Part shown: positions 34,771-47,915 of the stretch, piece by piece
Numbering within the stretch: position 1 is the first letter of the stretch
Layout of the letters: the number at the start of each line of letters is the position of its first letter
The notes under the pieces: model-generated
The model's database searches: none
What the model saw: only the letters and a program-made list of their open reading frames with translations
What the model was told of the DNA's origin: nothing
Translations under genes and position numbers: made by a program
From: an uncultured Hormoscilla sp.
GTDB taxonomy: Bacteria; Cyanobacteriota; Cyanobacteriia; Cyanobacteriales; Desertifilaceae
NCBI GenBank assembly: GCA_963921275.4
Contig: OZ001293.3
Coordinates: 2,624,001-2,688,000, forward strand
Direction of reading: 5' to 3'
Length of the DNA stretch: 64,000 nt

Positions 34771-34982
34771 GTTACTGCTATGATATGCTATTGAGCGATC
34801 TCCCCCAGCTATTCCCCACCCAAGATTGCGCTGGTGCTACCACTGCACGAGCGATCTGCTGGTGGCCAGAGGCCAAGACCGGGTTTCTTTTACCAACCCG
34901 ATGGCTTATGCAACAGTTATGAAAGAAACCCGGTTTCTTGTCGCGCATAGGAATCTGCCCGAAATTGCGGGCTAACGTAGAA

Positions 34983-35273
34983 TTAGACCCGATCGATCCA
35001 GTAATTTGGCTCTCTATGGCCGTGAGCAACAGCGATGATGAACAACACATCTCCAACAACTGCATAAATGAGTTTGTATGGAAATCCCTTAATCGCAAAC
35101 CGCCGGATTGAGGGTCGCTCTTCCATTCCTAGATTTGGGTATTTTGAGAGAATACTTAAGGCAGCCTCGATCTCGCCACGAAACTTTTCACCGAGACCCG
35201 GAGCCCGATCCTCGTAGTAATCAATTGCTTCTTGATATTCTTTGGCCGCCAGTGGATCGAAGATTTGATTCAT
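34983..35273 (-). CDS. RelE/ParE family toxin
   Basis: EYQEAIDYYE..GLG..FPYKLIY..IIAVAHGHREPNYW. Confidence 0.88.
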   Translation of the reverse strand: MNQIFDPLAAKEYQEAIDYYEDRAPGLGEKFRGEIEAALSILSKYPNLGMEERPSIRRFAIKGFPYKLIYAVVGDVLFIIAVAHGHREPNYWIDRV

Positions 35274-35476
35274 AAATTTCCACCCAGTACATCTCTTGCT
35301 GGAATTCCTTTAGTCCTACCAGCCTTAAATGCCTCAAGTCGCTTCTGGGCTTCATCAAGCCAGATATTGTCAATTTGACTGTCTGGTCGATCGAGACTCA
35401 TCACGATGACATCTAGCAGCTTAGCCCTCTCATTGGGCGGCAGTTCCAAAACACTGTCAACAAGCGCCTTATCCAT
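35270..35476 (-). CDS. Addiction-module antitoxin
   Basis: LELPPNERAKL..WLDEAQKRL; 4-nt overlap with toxin. Confidence 0.85.
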   Translation of the reverse strand: MDKALVDSVLELPPNERAKLLDVIVMSLDRPDSQIDNIWLDEAQKRLEAFKAGRTKGIPARDVLGGNL

Positions 35477-35842
35477 CTCTAACTCCTAAAACTTAATCAA
35501 TTATACCGACATCAGCAGAACGATGCAACTTACTTCGAGCGACCGCTGGCATGTAGTTGCACATCAAAGTCGATCGCCTCATCGCCGCAGCCTTCGATCG
35601 CGCCAGCCAAGGATATTTTAGCACGGCGGGCGTGAAGATTCCCGCCGTCCCCATTATCAACAGCATTGACAACAGTAACCTCGCAAAGGAGAGTGCTGTT
35701 ACTGTAGAGGCGATCGGCTACACTGGGATGAGCTGCTGCTATGATATGCTAGTGAGCGATCGCCCCCTGCTATTCCCCACATTAGATTACACCGGCGCTA
35801 TCACCGCACAGGCGATCGAGGAAGAAGCAGGGGAGGCGACCT

Positions 35843-36202
35843 TCAACCAACTCCAAATTGCGAGGTAGGTTTGCTTGAGTTTCTGCATAAGAGCAAATCT
35901 TCAACATTTTGGAAGCGCTGTCGCAATTTGGTTAATATAGCTTCATCCCTGCTTTCTACATCGTAAGCGCTGCTATCTACGGCACGAACGATTATACTCG
36001 GATCCGATCCCTTGTCCGGGTAGCATGTGAAAGTGCCGTCCGTAATTTTGGTAATGTTAGTAGCTATCTGTAATAGGATTTCTCCAGAGACTCTGGTTTC
36101 GGTATTGGCTATTTGATAGAGGCATTCCCTCTTGCTTCCCAAAACATTCAAGGTCCGAGATTCCCCAATAAATTTCTGTATCGTACCACACAAAATTTCC
36201 AT
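35843..36202 (-). CDS. Hypothetical protein
   Basis: 119-aa ORF only. Confidence 0.4.
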   Translation of the reverse strand: MEILCGTIQKFIGESRTLNVLGSKRECLYQIANTETRVSGEILLQIATNITKITDGTFTCYPDKGSDPSIIVRAVDSSAYDVESRDEAILTKLRQRFQNVEDLLLCRNSSKPTSQFGVG

Positions 36203-36379
36203 AAATAGACGAGGCTGTTAACAGACTTGTTGGCAGTGTTTCTGACGATGATTAACAGACGGGTGTGGTCAAAACCAACTGGTGCAAGACCACACCCGAA
36301 AAGCTGGATGGTACATAAACAGTCCGGGCTGATAAAAGCTGATAAAAGCCTTTCCCACGTAGAACAATCTTTTCGTTGC

Positions 36380-38323
36380 CTAGCTTTTCAGAAAACGCAT
36401 TTTAGGGACACCCTCAATCATTTCTAGAGCAAATTTAGCCGGTGACAGATCCTCCGAAGCATTTAATGCCTGTTTCAGGTAGTCGGCTAGGGTTTTGATA
36501 TTAATGGTGCGCGAGGTCTGGTCGCGGAAAGGCACGCGAACCCACTCCCTGGTGACATTTGTTCCCGTATCTGTTGCACAAGGAGTTTCCGGTTGCACCT
36601 GATGGGGATTGCCGTTTTCATCCCGAAGTGCTTTATAATAACAAGGAGCCTGGATATTCAGGTCTTTGTCAATGCCTTGGTAGGTTACTCCGAAGTCTCT
36701 TATCGGCTGGAGCATGCACCATAAACGGCAGCTTATCGGGGGAGCCAGAAGGCTTCCAATCGTATCCGGCAATCTCCATATGAGGCCAACCCGCAACCAC
36801 CGGCGATCGCAACAAGAATCCGCTCAAATCCTTTGGGGGTTTGGGATCTCTTGAAACAGTTCGGTTTCCAGCCGTCCGTTACCTCCAGTAACTCTGCCAA
36901 TACTAAAGGCCCCATGCATCAGATATTGTAACCAGGTTCGATCGACAGTGAAAAAGCGCAGGGAATCCTTGGGCAGCAAGCGCTCGTCAGGAACCAGATA
37001 GTTGAACGGGACATGCTCGAGTCGTTCCACTTCGGCAAACCAATTAGACACCACCTCTGGCACTGGGAGAGATTCAGTAGGTTTGCTGAGGTGCAGATGG
37101 GCGGGATTATTGGTTTTACTAGCCTGAGCATTAGCTCGTTTCCAGTTGAACAGGGCAAGGGAAACCCGCTTGTTGCGCAACATTAGCAGCCGCCCCAGTT
37201 CCCAGGCAGCAGCGTAGCTGACATCAAACATACCATAGGTCGAGAAAAATCGCACCAATTGGTCGGCGGATTGAATAATATCATTAGAAATAGTTACTGG
37301 CGAGCTGGGTCCCGGTAATAGCGGACTGCGATACCACGAGACCATGCGATTCCCCTGGCGCGTCTGATGATTCAAGGGCACATAGCCCTTGTCATAGAAT
37401 TTATCTACATTGCTTTTGTTAGTGTGAGGTAGCCGCAACACGCTCCCGGTTGTTTGGCTTTCGTTCGCGTCAGCATCCTCCAACAGCTCCACAAATGACT
37501 CCCGGGCGTCAACGGAGGCGAAGCGCCAACTCGTTAACGTGACAAAACGGTAAACAACTGGGTCAGGGTCGGGGTTATTATTGGGGTTGTACTGTCCTAT
37601 GCGATCGTAGACATCCCTGCGGTTTTCCAGAGAGATCAGGAAGACGGTATTTTCATCCCCTGGCTGGGGCAGGCGATTGCAGATCAGGATCGGGTATTTG
37701 GGATTGGGCGTGCCGTTTGAGTTGGAATCAGCTGACTGGCGAACGTGGGCTAGCAGGGGTAACTCCTCTTCCTGTGGTAAAATCTTATGCAGTAAAGGCT
37801 CTGGCACGTCAATGTAGCTAATGCGATCTTGGTTGGTTTCCCCCGGTTCGAGGTCAATTGAAGTGGGAAAGACCAGGTTTGAATTTGAAGCGGTATTGAG
37901 AATATTCTGAAGGGTATCGGTCTGGACGGCGAGCAATTTCTTATTTGTAGTCCGTTGCTGCCAGTCATTAATCTCCTGCCGGGTAACCAGAATTAGAGCC
38001 AACCAGGGGGTAGTATTATTGCCGTTCAGCAAGCGCTCCCAGGGCAGAATGGAGCGGGCAAACATAATGTGAGGCAGTACGCTGTAATAGCGACCTGTGG
38101 TTTTATCTGGCGGAAAAACACTGGCAATCTCTTTCGGTTCGAGGCTAAAACGCGGTCCCAGGACGGCAAAATGCTTGCTGAAAGGGTCGATCTGAGCCTG
38201 AGGGTCACTAGCGCCCGCCTGAAATTTATGCGTCACTTCTAACTTGTAGAGACCGTCCTTTAAGGCAGGTTGGTCGTAGGAAAGAAGCTTTATACTGCCC
38301 TTAGGCTTACCGCTGCTTGTCAT
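36380..38323 (-). pseudogene. Conserved hypothetical partner gene of DUF6603-type clusters, frameshifted near 36720-36830
   Basis: LPHIMF..LPWER, DVSYAAAWELGRLL, VPFNYLVPDERLLP..LRFF, C-terminal AKFALEMIEGV in another frame. Confidence 0.65.
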
Positions 38324-38327
38324 GGTC

Positions 38328-41300
38328 TTAGTCCTCCAATGTGCCATACTGCGGTACAAAGAATGTATCGCGGTTGAGGGGTTGGTTGTAATTCAATTTA
38401 CTGGGGTCAAAGCCCATTGCTTGCAGTAGCACGCCGCGATCGCTTTTTTTGTCGAATATGCGATCTGTAATATCTGTCCATTTGTCTTTATCTTCGTCGC
38501 GGCTAAAAGTGCCAGTGCTACTGACCCAGGTATATGCTTTGGGTTCAGTGGACGGTTCGTAAGCGAGGGCCTCACGACTGGCTACGATCGCCTGGGAATC
38601 TTCATTCGACGACTTGTCAGGCACAATCTCAAAGCCAGAAAGGGTGCGAACCAGTTTCTGGTCTGGCGGCGGATTCAGCTCCCGCTCCATCTGGTTGCCC
38701 CACAGCGCACCTGGATAGTCTTTATCAATCTTCTTGAGGATCCAGGTTTTCTGTTTTTTCTGTTGGCGAACCGCTATTACCATCATGGTTGACACGGGAA
38801 ATCGCGATCGCATGGTCAGAATGATCCACGGTGCTGACATTCATAGGGGCAACACCAGCGACCTTAAAAGTCCCTGGGTCATAAGTCTGAGCTTGATCGT
38901 CCAGTGTAAAGGTAACAGATTTCACCGGGAAGTAGGAGTCGGTGGAAATGCGAAGTCGATCCCGCTTGACCATCCACACTTCGCCGTATTGGCCGTCTTG
39001 TACGGTGCGAATGAGACTGTCGTTAATCGAAGCACTCAGACGCTTATCCGCCGCAGGCAGGAAGGAACTCTGAAACTCCGACCAGGGTATTGCTTGTGGT
39101 GGGGAGCTAGATGCACCGAAATCAATGCTGAAATGGAAGTGAATGCCAATCACTTTAACGGTAACCCGGGCATGACCGCCAAACTCCGGCCCCCACACAT
39201 GGAGATCGGCACTGGCATCGATGGAAATATGATGGGTACCAAAGAAGTGGATGGTTAGCTCTGCACCTAGGTCTACATACAGTTCGGCGTCATAGTGGAA
39301 AGGCTTCCAGCCAATCAGGAAATTGGCACCCAGAATGAACCAGGCTTTCACATCACCGCTCTGCCAGATCGCACTGTACGAGCCACCAGCCATCAAAGCA
39401 TGGGGAACCAGGGCAAAATAGCCGCCCCCTTTAACGTGGAGGTAACTGCTAATCGCCCAACTGTAACCGACCCGTGGCACTTGGGGGTAATAAGCAGGGG
39501 ACTTGAAATCAGGATGGTAGCCGCCGATGGTCACCACAAAGTCCCCCGCATGAGGACCGCTCGCCCAAACGGCGAACGCAAAACCCCCGGTGAGATGACA
39601 GTCGCGAGATAAGATGAATGAGGCTGGGGTGAGTTGCCCTTGGACGAGGATAATGCCTTCATCCGGGATAATAACGGCTTTGAAAGCCAATTGGGCTTCG
39701 GCCAGGGGCGACGTCGGCGTATCTGGCGGCAATAGCACCGTCGAGAGACCCAGTAAATCCACCTCAAAGTGCTTGCCAAACTGCACCGTCGCCAGCAGGA
39801 AGCTATCCAGCAGTTCAAAGGAGGTGAAGCGAATGCCAACTGTTAGGAAATACTCGCCCACCGCTGGCGGGATGTATCGATCCATCAGCGTTAGTTTGTC
39901 GCTGATGTAGCTTTTGATCTGACCCATATCCGTCGGTGGGGGAGTCGGCGAGGGATTGACTGCCGCCGCAACCAGTGGGAATTGCTGCACCTGGTTGATG
40001 GGCGGCATCAGCAACCGCCGATTGTAGCCAAAGCCTGCCGCCAGACCCATGACGACGAAGAACGGGGGGCCGCCGAGGGGGTAGTCCAGCACGGCATAGA
40101 TAAACAGGGATTTTTCGCCGCTGCGCAGTTCCGCAAAGGAGCCGATGGCCCTGAGTTCCAGTTCCTCAGCCCGAATGGTGACAAAGCCGTCAAATTCGGT
40201 CATCTCGTCGGTGCTGAGCTTGAGCAATCCGCCCCCGATTTCTACTGGCCCTTCCTTAAAGTCTAGGCCCAGGCCATCCAGACCGAAGTGGGGTTCAAAT
40301 TTGTGGATTCCAGTTAAGGCAACCCCCACGTTCAGGCCCAGTACGCTACAGGTTAACCCCAGAACTGACAGGGAGCCGTCGAGATAGGCCGTGAGTTTCC
40401 CCTCTTTGTAAGCAAAACCAACCCGTTCTAGTTTCAGCGGCCCGAACGAGCGCTTGAGGGCGAACCATTTAGTGCCGTCATTCTGGGTTGTCTGGGGGTT
40501 ACCGCCTGGATTGAAGGTCCCGTTAGAATCCTGAGTCAGGGTGCCGTTATCGCTGACTTTGAGGGGCAAACCCATATCGATCGCTTTTTCATTCCCCACG
40601 CGCAGGGAGGTGGAGATGTCTGGACTCCCGGCAGTAATCTTCGTCTCCGGAAAACGGACATCGTTGAGGTTAAAGTCCTGGTTCAGCTGCTGTAATTCAG
40701 CTTGGGTAAAGTCGCCCCCCATCCCATAGACAATCTGCAAAGCCAGGGTCAGGGATTCAGCCGCCGCCAGTTCCTCACCGATCAAGGGCAGGTCTCCTAA
40801 ACCGGAAAGCTGAATTCCCGCATCCATGTCAATGGCAAAGAGGGACTTGGTTGTTGTATCGTCCTTGCTGCGAGCAAAGAGTGCCTTACGCACGTTAATA
40901 TTGAACTCTTGCCCAAAATCGGCATTATGGTCGATCGCCTGTAGCAGGGTAACCAGATTAAATCCCTTGCTGCTTTTGTCTTCATAGTAAGCGATAAATT
41001 CGTTAGCCCCTGCTTCCGCTTTCAGTTCGAGGTCGAATATCAGTTGATTTTGCTCGTCCCCGGGATGGAGAATGAGCTTACCCGAAACATCTTTTTCATA
41101 GCCACCCTTGACTTGGTGCAGCAGATCGATCTGAATGTGCAGCAGCGCTGCTGAACCGAAGTCGAGATAGACCGTAAAACCATAGTGTTGAGAAGAACTA
41201 TCATAATAGCCACTCAGCCCCTTCAGTTCCAAGTCAGCGATACTGGTGGGCAGAGTAATATCTAGACTCGTTATTGAGTTGATGTAGGCCATCAGATGAG

Positions 41301-41575
41301 TAGTCCAGCCAGATTGGGTATGATTGGCTGTCCCATCGAAGCGCTAGTGAACTCCGCCGCCTTCCGTGTGAAAACGGATGAAAATCGTGTCTAGGGGAAT
41401 ATTGCCGCCAGCAAACCCACCTTTTTCTTTCAGACCCATAAACAGGTCAAGGCTGGAAGACTGGGTCGCAGATGTGGTGTAGTTGAGGTAAAAGCCCGTA
41501 ACATCAATATGAGTGAAATCATTTAGGAAACTGTTGTGGGAATCAACTCCCAGATCCCGTGCTAGGTCAGTTGGT
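38328..41575 (-). pseudogene. DUF6603-like large beta-rich protein, 5'-truncated and frameshifted
   Basis: LGGPPFFVVMGLAAGFGYNRRL, LTGGFAF, GDFVVTIGGYHP, YFALVPHALMAGG; frame breaks near 41300 and 38780. Confidence 0.7.
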
Positions 41576-41607
41576 TAAGCTGGGACATCGGTTGTCTTTC
41601 TTATTTA

Positions 41608-42619
41608 ACCTAAGTTGCGACCTATTAAAAAAAATATGAATTACCCACTTAGACTTTACAGATATTTGGGATATTTCGTAGCTTTTGATACAAAATTATA
41701 TTTTTTTTGTGCTATACGGCGGGTTGGCTGTTTATAGGTTATAATGTACTAAAATAATAGTTAATTGCTGGGGGATGTAGATGATGGAAGATATGATTAC
41801 AACAATTTTTGTTCTTTGTGACGAGCTACTAAAAGCGTTAAATATAAAAGAAGATCCACAAGTAAAAATGAACAATGCCGAAGTGATGACAGTCGGATTA
41901 GTTGCTGCATATTTTTTCGGAGGACACCACGATCGCTCTTGTCAATTTATGGTCGAACACAAGTATATAAAAAATATGTTAAGTAAAAGTAGGTTCAATC
42001 GTCGATTACACAATATTGACGAACCAATTTGGATGTTTTTCTTCCAAGTTATAGCTCAAACATTTAAAGAGCTCAATCCGGGTCAAGAATATATTCTTGA
42101 TAGTTTCCCGGTGCCAGTATGTGATAATATTAGGATTGATAGATGCCAAATTTATAACAAGGAAGAATATCGAGGGTATATTGCCAGTAAAAAACGTTAT
42201 TTTTATGGATTAAGAGTTCATATGTTGGTAAACAAAAATGGAAAGCCAATAGAATTTTATCTAGATCCTGGTAGTTATAATGATGTTAAAGTTTTGCAAT
42301 CTTTTGGCTTTGACTTACCATCAAATTCAATAGTTTATGGAGATAAAGCTTATAATGATTATCAATTAGAGGATTTACTAAAAGAGTCGTCAAGTATAAT
42401 GTTAAAACCTTTGCGAAAAAAGAACTCAAAAAGAAAAGAATCTTCTTGTTTTGAATATATACAAAAAGTAACAAGAAAACAAGTTGAAACCTGTTTTAGT
42501 CGAATCACCAATTTGTTTCCCAAGTCAATTCATGCTGTTACATCTAAGGGATTAGAGTTGAAAATAATTCTCTTTATCATAGCTTTTTGTATCCAATTTT
42601 TATAGGTCGCAACTTGAGT
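41608..42619 (+). mobile_element. IS982-family insertion sequence, transposase 41781-42605
   Basis: 18-bp IRs ACCTAAGTTGCGACCTAT / ATAGGTCGCAACTTGAGT, TATTTA direct repeats, DSFPVPVC..YGDKAY..RKQVET; very AT-rich. Confidence 0.9.
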
Positions 42620-42724
42620 TATTTATTTAACAAATAATCCTTCAGTGCGGGGACAGTAGATAGCAATTTATTGCCGGTACCAAGTCCTCGGCGTTACTCA
42701 ATTGCGGTTCAAACCCCTGACAGG

Positions 42725-43212
42725 GGGAGGTGGCAATCACAACCTGACTACCGGCATTAGGGACAAGTCGTCCTCGCACGCGATGGACCGTCTTCGCCCA
42801 AGTTGGTAGCCTCTTTTCGTTACACTCCCCCAATATAGCAAAGCCCATTTTTAAATGTCAAGCCCCCTCGAGCCAGATTTTATCCACCTTGGCGAAAAAA
42901 TAAACCTTTTTAGGGAGGTGGCAATCACAACCTGACTACCGGCATTAGGGACAAGTCGTCCTAGCACGCGGCTGCAATCCCCGTAGGCTGGAAGCCTGGC
43001 ATCATGGACCCTCTTCGCCTCAGTTGCTAGCCTCTTTTCGTTACACTCCCCCAATATAGCAAAGCCCATTCTTGAATCACAATCCACCTTTATCCACCTT
43101 TTTGCTTCCAAACATCCACCTATTTTTGCCCTATAGCACAAACTAGCACGTTTGTCAAGTTCCATTCATCCACCTATTTTCCAGATTTTTGGCGAAAAAA
43201 ATCAACCTTTTT
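42725..43212 (-). ncRNA. Two tandem promoter plus candidate ncRNA/leader units
   Basis: 42725-42850 and 42913-43070 share two long blocks; TTGACA-18-TATATT and TTGACA-17-TATAGG on minus strand. Confidence 0.4.
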
Positions 43213-43834
43213 TCTGAATGGGTTTCACCGGTAGTAAATAGCCTGAGTATTATTGCTCAACAAAGATCGGATATGAACCGGTTACCGAAGTAAAATTAAC
43301 CGGCACTCACTCGCATTTTGTAGAGATGTGAAGTATCCAGCCAGCCTATAAGTATGGGTAGAAGCTTATATTGCATCTACGGAAAACCTGGTTCATGAGG
43401 GTGTGGTCAATCATTTGTTGTTAGTCAGACAGCCTCTGAAACCGGGTTTCTGCGATCCATACAAGTACACAAAGCCAGATTTTACGCTTCTTTACCCGGT
43501 TTGGGACCCCCACGGGAGGGCCTAGGTGAACTTTTCTTTCGCCAACTGACCCATGACCACACCCGCCACCCCCCCATTGCGATCGCAGTCACTTTCGAGC
43601 CCATTGATTGAATAGCTTTGTTTTCCCATTCAACTGTTCTTCCAGGGTCAAGAGTTACCACGCCCGCCAACGGGCGCGAAGGTTGGAGAAACTGTTGCGC
43701 AAGAGTTACCACGGCCCGCCAACTCTGAAACCGGGTTTCTGCGACCAAATCAGGCGCACAAAGCCATCTGGTATTAAAAAACCCAGTTTCTGGCCCCCCA
43801 CGCGATTTTTCGGGCCGTCTGCGGACCGATCGCC

Positions 43835-44097
43835 CAGCAGACGCCACCTTTACCAGACACACCAGTACAGGTAGGGGGACGGCATCAATTAATTTAGGGA
43901 AATAACCTGCAACTTATCTACCGCCGTGCCCCGGCATCAATTAATTTAGGGAAATAACCTGCAACTTATCTACCGCCGTGCCCCGGCCCCCAACAGCAGA
44001 CGCCACCTTTACCAGACACACCAGTACAGGTAGGGGCACGGCATCAATTAATTTAGGGAAATAACCTGCAACTTATCTACCGCCGTGCCCCGGCCCC
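43835..44097. repeat. Tandemly amplified GTAGGGGCACGGC..GCCGTGCCCC REP-like element
   Basis: Three copies of GGCATCAATTAATTTAGGGAAATAACCTGCAACTTATCTACCGCCGTGCCCCGGC. Confidence 0.9.
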
Positions 44098-44269
44098 ATG
44101 CCGTCAGAATGGGCCTCTCACACCAGATTAAAATATCTGGATCGAGAGTTCCCCTGGGAGGCGCATCTGGATCTCCGATCCTCCTGACTATCAGATATGG
44201 AGCTTTGCGCAAGAGTTGGGTGCGGTAAAGCGAGGCTATATGCTCATCGAGCAAATATTGGATCGTCAT
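44098..44269 (-). pseudogene. DUF5615-like PIN toxin, truncated by the repeat
   Basis: YLLDEH..GTLDPDILIWCE then runs into repeat. Confidence 0.7.
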
Positions 44270-44619
44270 ACAGCACCCGCCGACCCAGATAACTCTCGCC
44301 GCCGAATATCTGCTTCTGCTTTCAATTTGCGAAACCTCTGCCGTGCAGGAGAAGGATTATGTTTTTGCTCCTCTTGTTGTTGGCGACAAAACTCTAACCA
44401 GTCAGCCAAGTAAGCGCCGACCTCTTCTTTTTTCTGTAGATAGTAAAGGATGGTTGCGTAGACCTGTTCTAGGGTAATAGTCTCAAATTTTTGGGCAATT
44501 TCTTCCGGAGTTCTAGCGCGATATATATATTCATAGAGGACGCTTTCGATACCAATACGGCTGCCTTTTATCCGGATGTCGTCATCAGCTAGGAAGTTGA
44601 AGTAGTCTTGTATTTGCAT
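44266..44619 (-). CDS. DUF433 antitoxin
   Basis: IRIKGSRIGIE..TPEEIAQKF..ITLEQVYATILYY. Confidence 0.88.
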   Translation of the reverse strand: MQIQDYFNFLADDDIRIKGSRIGIESVLYEYIYRARTPEEIAQKFETITLEQVYATILYYLQKKEEVGAYLADWLEFCRQQQEEQKHNPSPARQRFRKLKAEADIRRRELSGSAGAV

Positions 44620-45168
44620 TGTACATATACATTATGTTTGTGGTAATAGTGGGAAATAAAATGAATGCTCATTACCTTTACGAACAACTCGCTCGAGATA
44701 TGATCGTCCGTTTCTGGGCCCGATCGTTCCCACCAAAACCAGCAAGATGTTGCATCTCACTTTAGTAAAAGCCCGCGCAGGCGGGCTTTGGAACTGTAGC
44801 CGGACCCTTCAGGGTTCGGGCGGCGGCGTCTATATAATCGTACCCAACTTTTCCAGCGGTGTCAAGGTTTCTATAAGATTAATCTCGATACCGGAGTAAT
44901 CTCACACCAGCACTCCCCCCGTTCGGAGTCCAACAGACAGATAATGCTGTAACACCGGTGACAGGACATCAAAGGCGATCGCCTTATTGTGCCTGCGCTA
45001 CCCTTGGTTTTGGGGACGTTTGACATGATACCAATCTCGTTAATCACCCTGTGGACTAAACACTTTCTCTACAAGTTTTTTAGTCGGTACCGACTTTAGC
45101 CTCGTTCCCTGGGGAACGCGGGGGTTTGCAACCCACGGCGGGCCATGAGACTAATTGAGAATGGTGCA

Positions 45169-46003
<835 letters not shown>

Positions 46004-46019
46004 AAATCTCAGTTCAACT

Positions 46020-46535
46020 CTACTTACCCAATTTCCAATCTTCACCACCCGATAGTTTGCTGACTTCCTCCATAATCACACTACGTATTGTTTTCGCAGA
46101 ATGTTCATAAGTTAAATTTAGCAGTTGAGTCGCACCCCGAAATACTGCCGTCTTATCTACCAGATTTTCGAGTTTAAATGGCGTCAACTGCCCATCCAAA
46201 ACTTCCCCACTCCCTATTGCTATTGCATCAGCAAAAGCCATTTCCAAGTAGTCACCCCATTCATCCTGCTTAATATAGTAAGAAGTTTTATTCTCTTTCA
46301 GATTTAGACTTTGGATCTTCAGGAGAGAATCTCTGATCGAAGCATACCATGAATTATTCATCTTTTTTTCAACTACATTCTTAATTAAATGAACCAGCAT
46401 TTTGACCAGAAAACTCTCGATATTTTGCAAAATAGCTTTCTTACTCATCCCTTCCAGTTCGTCTACTAACATTAATGCCTCATCATATCGACCTGACAGG
46501 ATGCATGTTCTGATGTCTGTGAGTTCTTGAGTCAT
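46020..46535 (-). CDS. DUF29 family protein
   Basis: ELEGMSKK..IESFLVKMLVHLIK..SWYASI. Confidence 0.8.
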   Translation of the reverse strand: MTQELTDIRTCILSGRYDEALMLVDELEGMSKKAILQNIESFLVKMLVHLIKNVVEKKMNNSWYASIRDSLLKIQSLNLKENKTSYYIKQDEWGDYLEMAFADAIAIGSGEVLDGQLTPFKLENLVDKTAVFRGATQLLNLTYEHSAKTIRSVIMEEVSKLSGGEDWKLGK

Positions 46536-47128
46536 GGCAATCTATCCTTGGCAACCTCTGTCCTTATTCTACTATAGCATTTTCAGATAGATGCGCGCAT
46601 TCACTTTTCCCATCTTGCAACAATGGTCCCGCGCTAATTGAGAATTATTCTAGTTTGTCCGGAATGTAACATTCCGTTCAATTATTACTAATCTTTTTAC
46701 AAATATGAGATACACCCATAGGATCTAAAATCAGATTGATACAGTTCGCGCTCTGTCGAGCGACGAGCCGCCCGCTCGTTCCCACCAAAACTAAATCCAG
46801 CAGGGTGTTGAGGGTTTGGTCGGGTCTCTATAATATAATAACCATTTTTTGCAGCGGTGTCAAGGTTTCTATGAGGGTAGAGTCACAAGTAGTGATTTTA
46901 GTGCCTGAAACCCGGCCATGGCCAAATCATTACATCTGGACCACTACCTATATAAGATTAATCTCGATACCCGCACCCATCTCGCCTCCCCGTTCCTGTC
47001 CAACAGAGCCCTGCCCTGGCAGCGGGCTTCTACCGAGTTCCCTAGCTCCCCCGCCTGGTAACGCAGGGGGTTTTAACCCCCTGCGGGCTATGAGACTAAT
47101 TGACAATGGTGCAAGATATCAGATGCTA

Positions 47129-47863
47129 TTATCCCACAAAAATAATCTTACCCACATCGGAAATTCCATTTTCCAAACGGTAATATTTGTTAGCCACCTG
47201 CTGGTAAAACTTAAAGGATATACCAGCGATATTAAAAGCATTACCGTTAGTATCCGTAGCCGAAACGCCAGGATTGCTATAAAAGGTAAATTCAGTAGCA
47301 TCCAAAGGCACCTCAGCCGAAGCCCCAATTGCAAGATCTGTAGTAATGTAAATATCATCTGCTGTAGTAGTAATACCCGCGACAACAGTTAGAATTCGAG
47401 CATGAGTAGCTCCCATAGGGGCTTTAAGATCTTCCCCTCGAAAATTATTTTCCAGAAGATTCTTCAGACCGACCCCAGATTCATCGATCGCGATTTTTCC
47501 AGAAAAAATTGAGTCAAAAGGGCTCGCAGGATTGAAATCAAAACCAGCCAGCAGAAAGACAGCAGCATCCCTGGACAAAAATCGTTGTCCCCTTGCCGAA
47601 GTAGTATCCATTGGAAAAGCCTTTTGCCTAATCAACTTTGTGAGGCGATTATGCTGACCGCGAGGAGCTACCCCTAAAGGAGCAAGGGCTTGGCGTATTA
47701 TCTTTGAAGTCCTAGCGGCCCGACCAAATTCACTATTATTTTCACGAGTGCGCTTAGCAGTTATAGGCCGCGGACCAGGAAGCATCCTAGCTTGACCGTC
47801 ACGGGAAAAAGATATACCGCCAATGTTACCAACAAGTTTAATTGGATTTTTTTGTCGTGCCAT
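47129..47863 (-). CDS. Hypothetical protein with basic N-terminus (MARQK..RTRENNSEFG type)
   Basis: Intact 244-aa ORF; motif resembles uncharacterised proteins I associate with Bacteroidota (unverified). Confidence 0.7.
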   Translation of the reverse strand: MARQKNPIKLVGNIGGISFSRDGQARMLPGPRPITAKRTRENNSEFGRAARTSKIIRQALAPLGVAPRGQHNRLTKLIRQKAFPMDTTSARGQRFLSRDAAVFLLAGFDFNPASPFDSIFSGKIAIDESGVGLKNLLENNFRGEDLKAPMGATHARILTVVAGITTTADDIYITTDLAIGASAEVPLDATEFTFYSNPGVSATDTNGNAFNIAGISFKFYQQVANKYYRLENGISDVGKIIFVG

Positions 47864-47915
47864 TTTACTTCACTTCAATTAAGTAAACAGATAGAATGAA
47901 AACCTCGAAACTCTT

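Noticed and set aside
42642..43165. Two small paralogous ORFs
   Set aside because: Similarity follows the DNA repeat and the ORFs overlap promoter consensus sequences.
43835..44097. CRISPR array
   Set aside because: Irregular tandem amplification of a REP-like element with repeated, not unique, intervening sequence.
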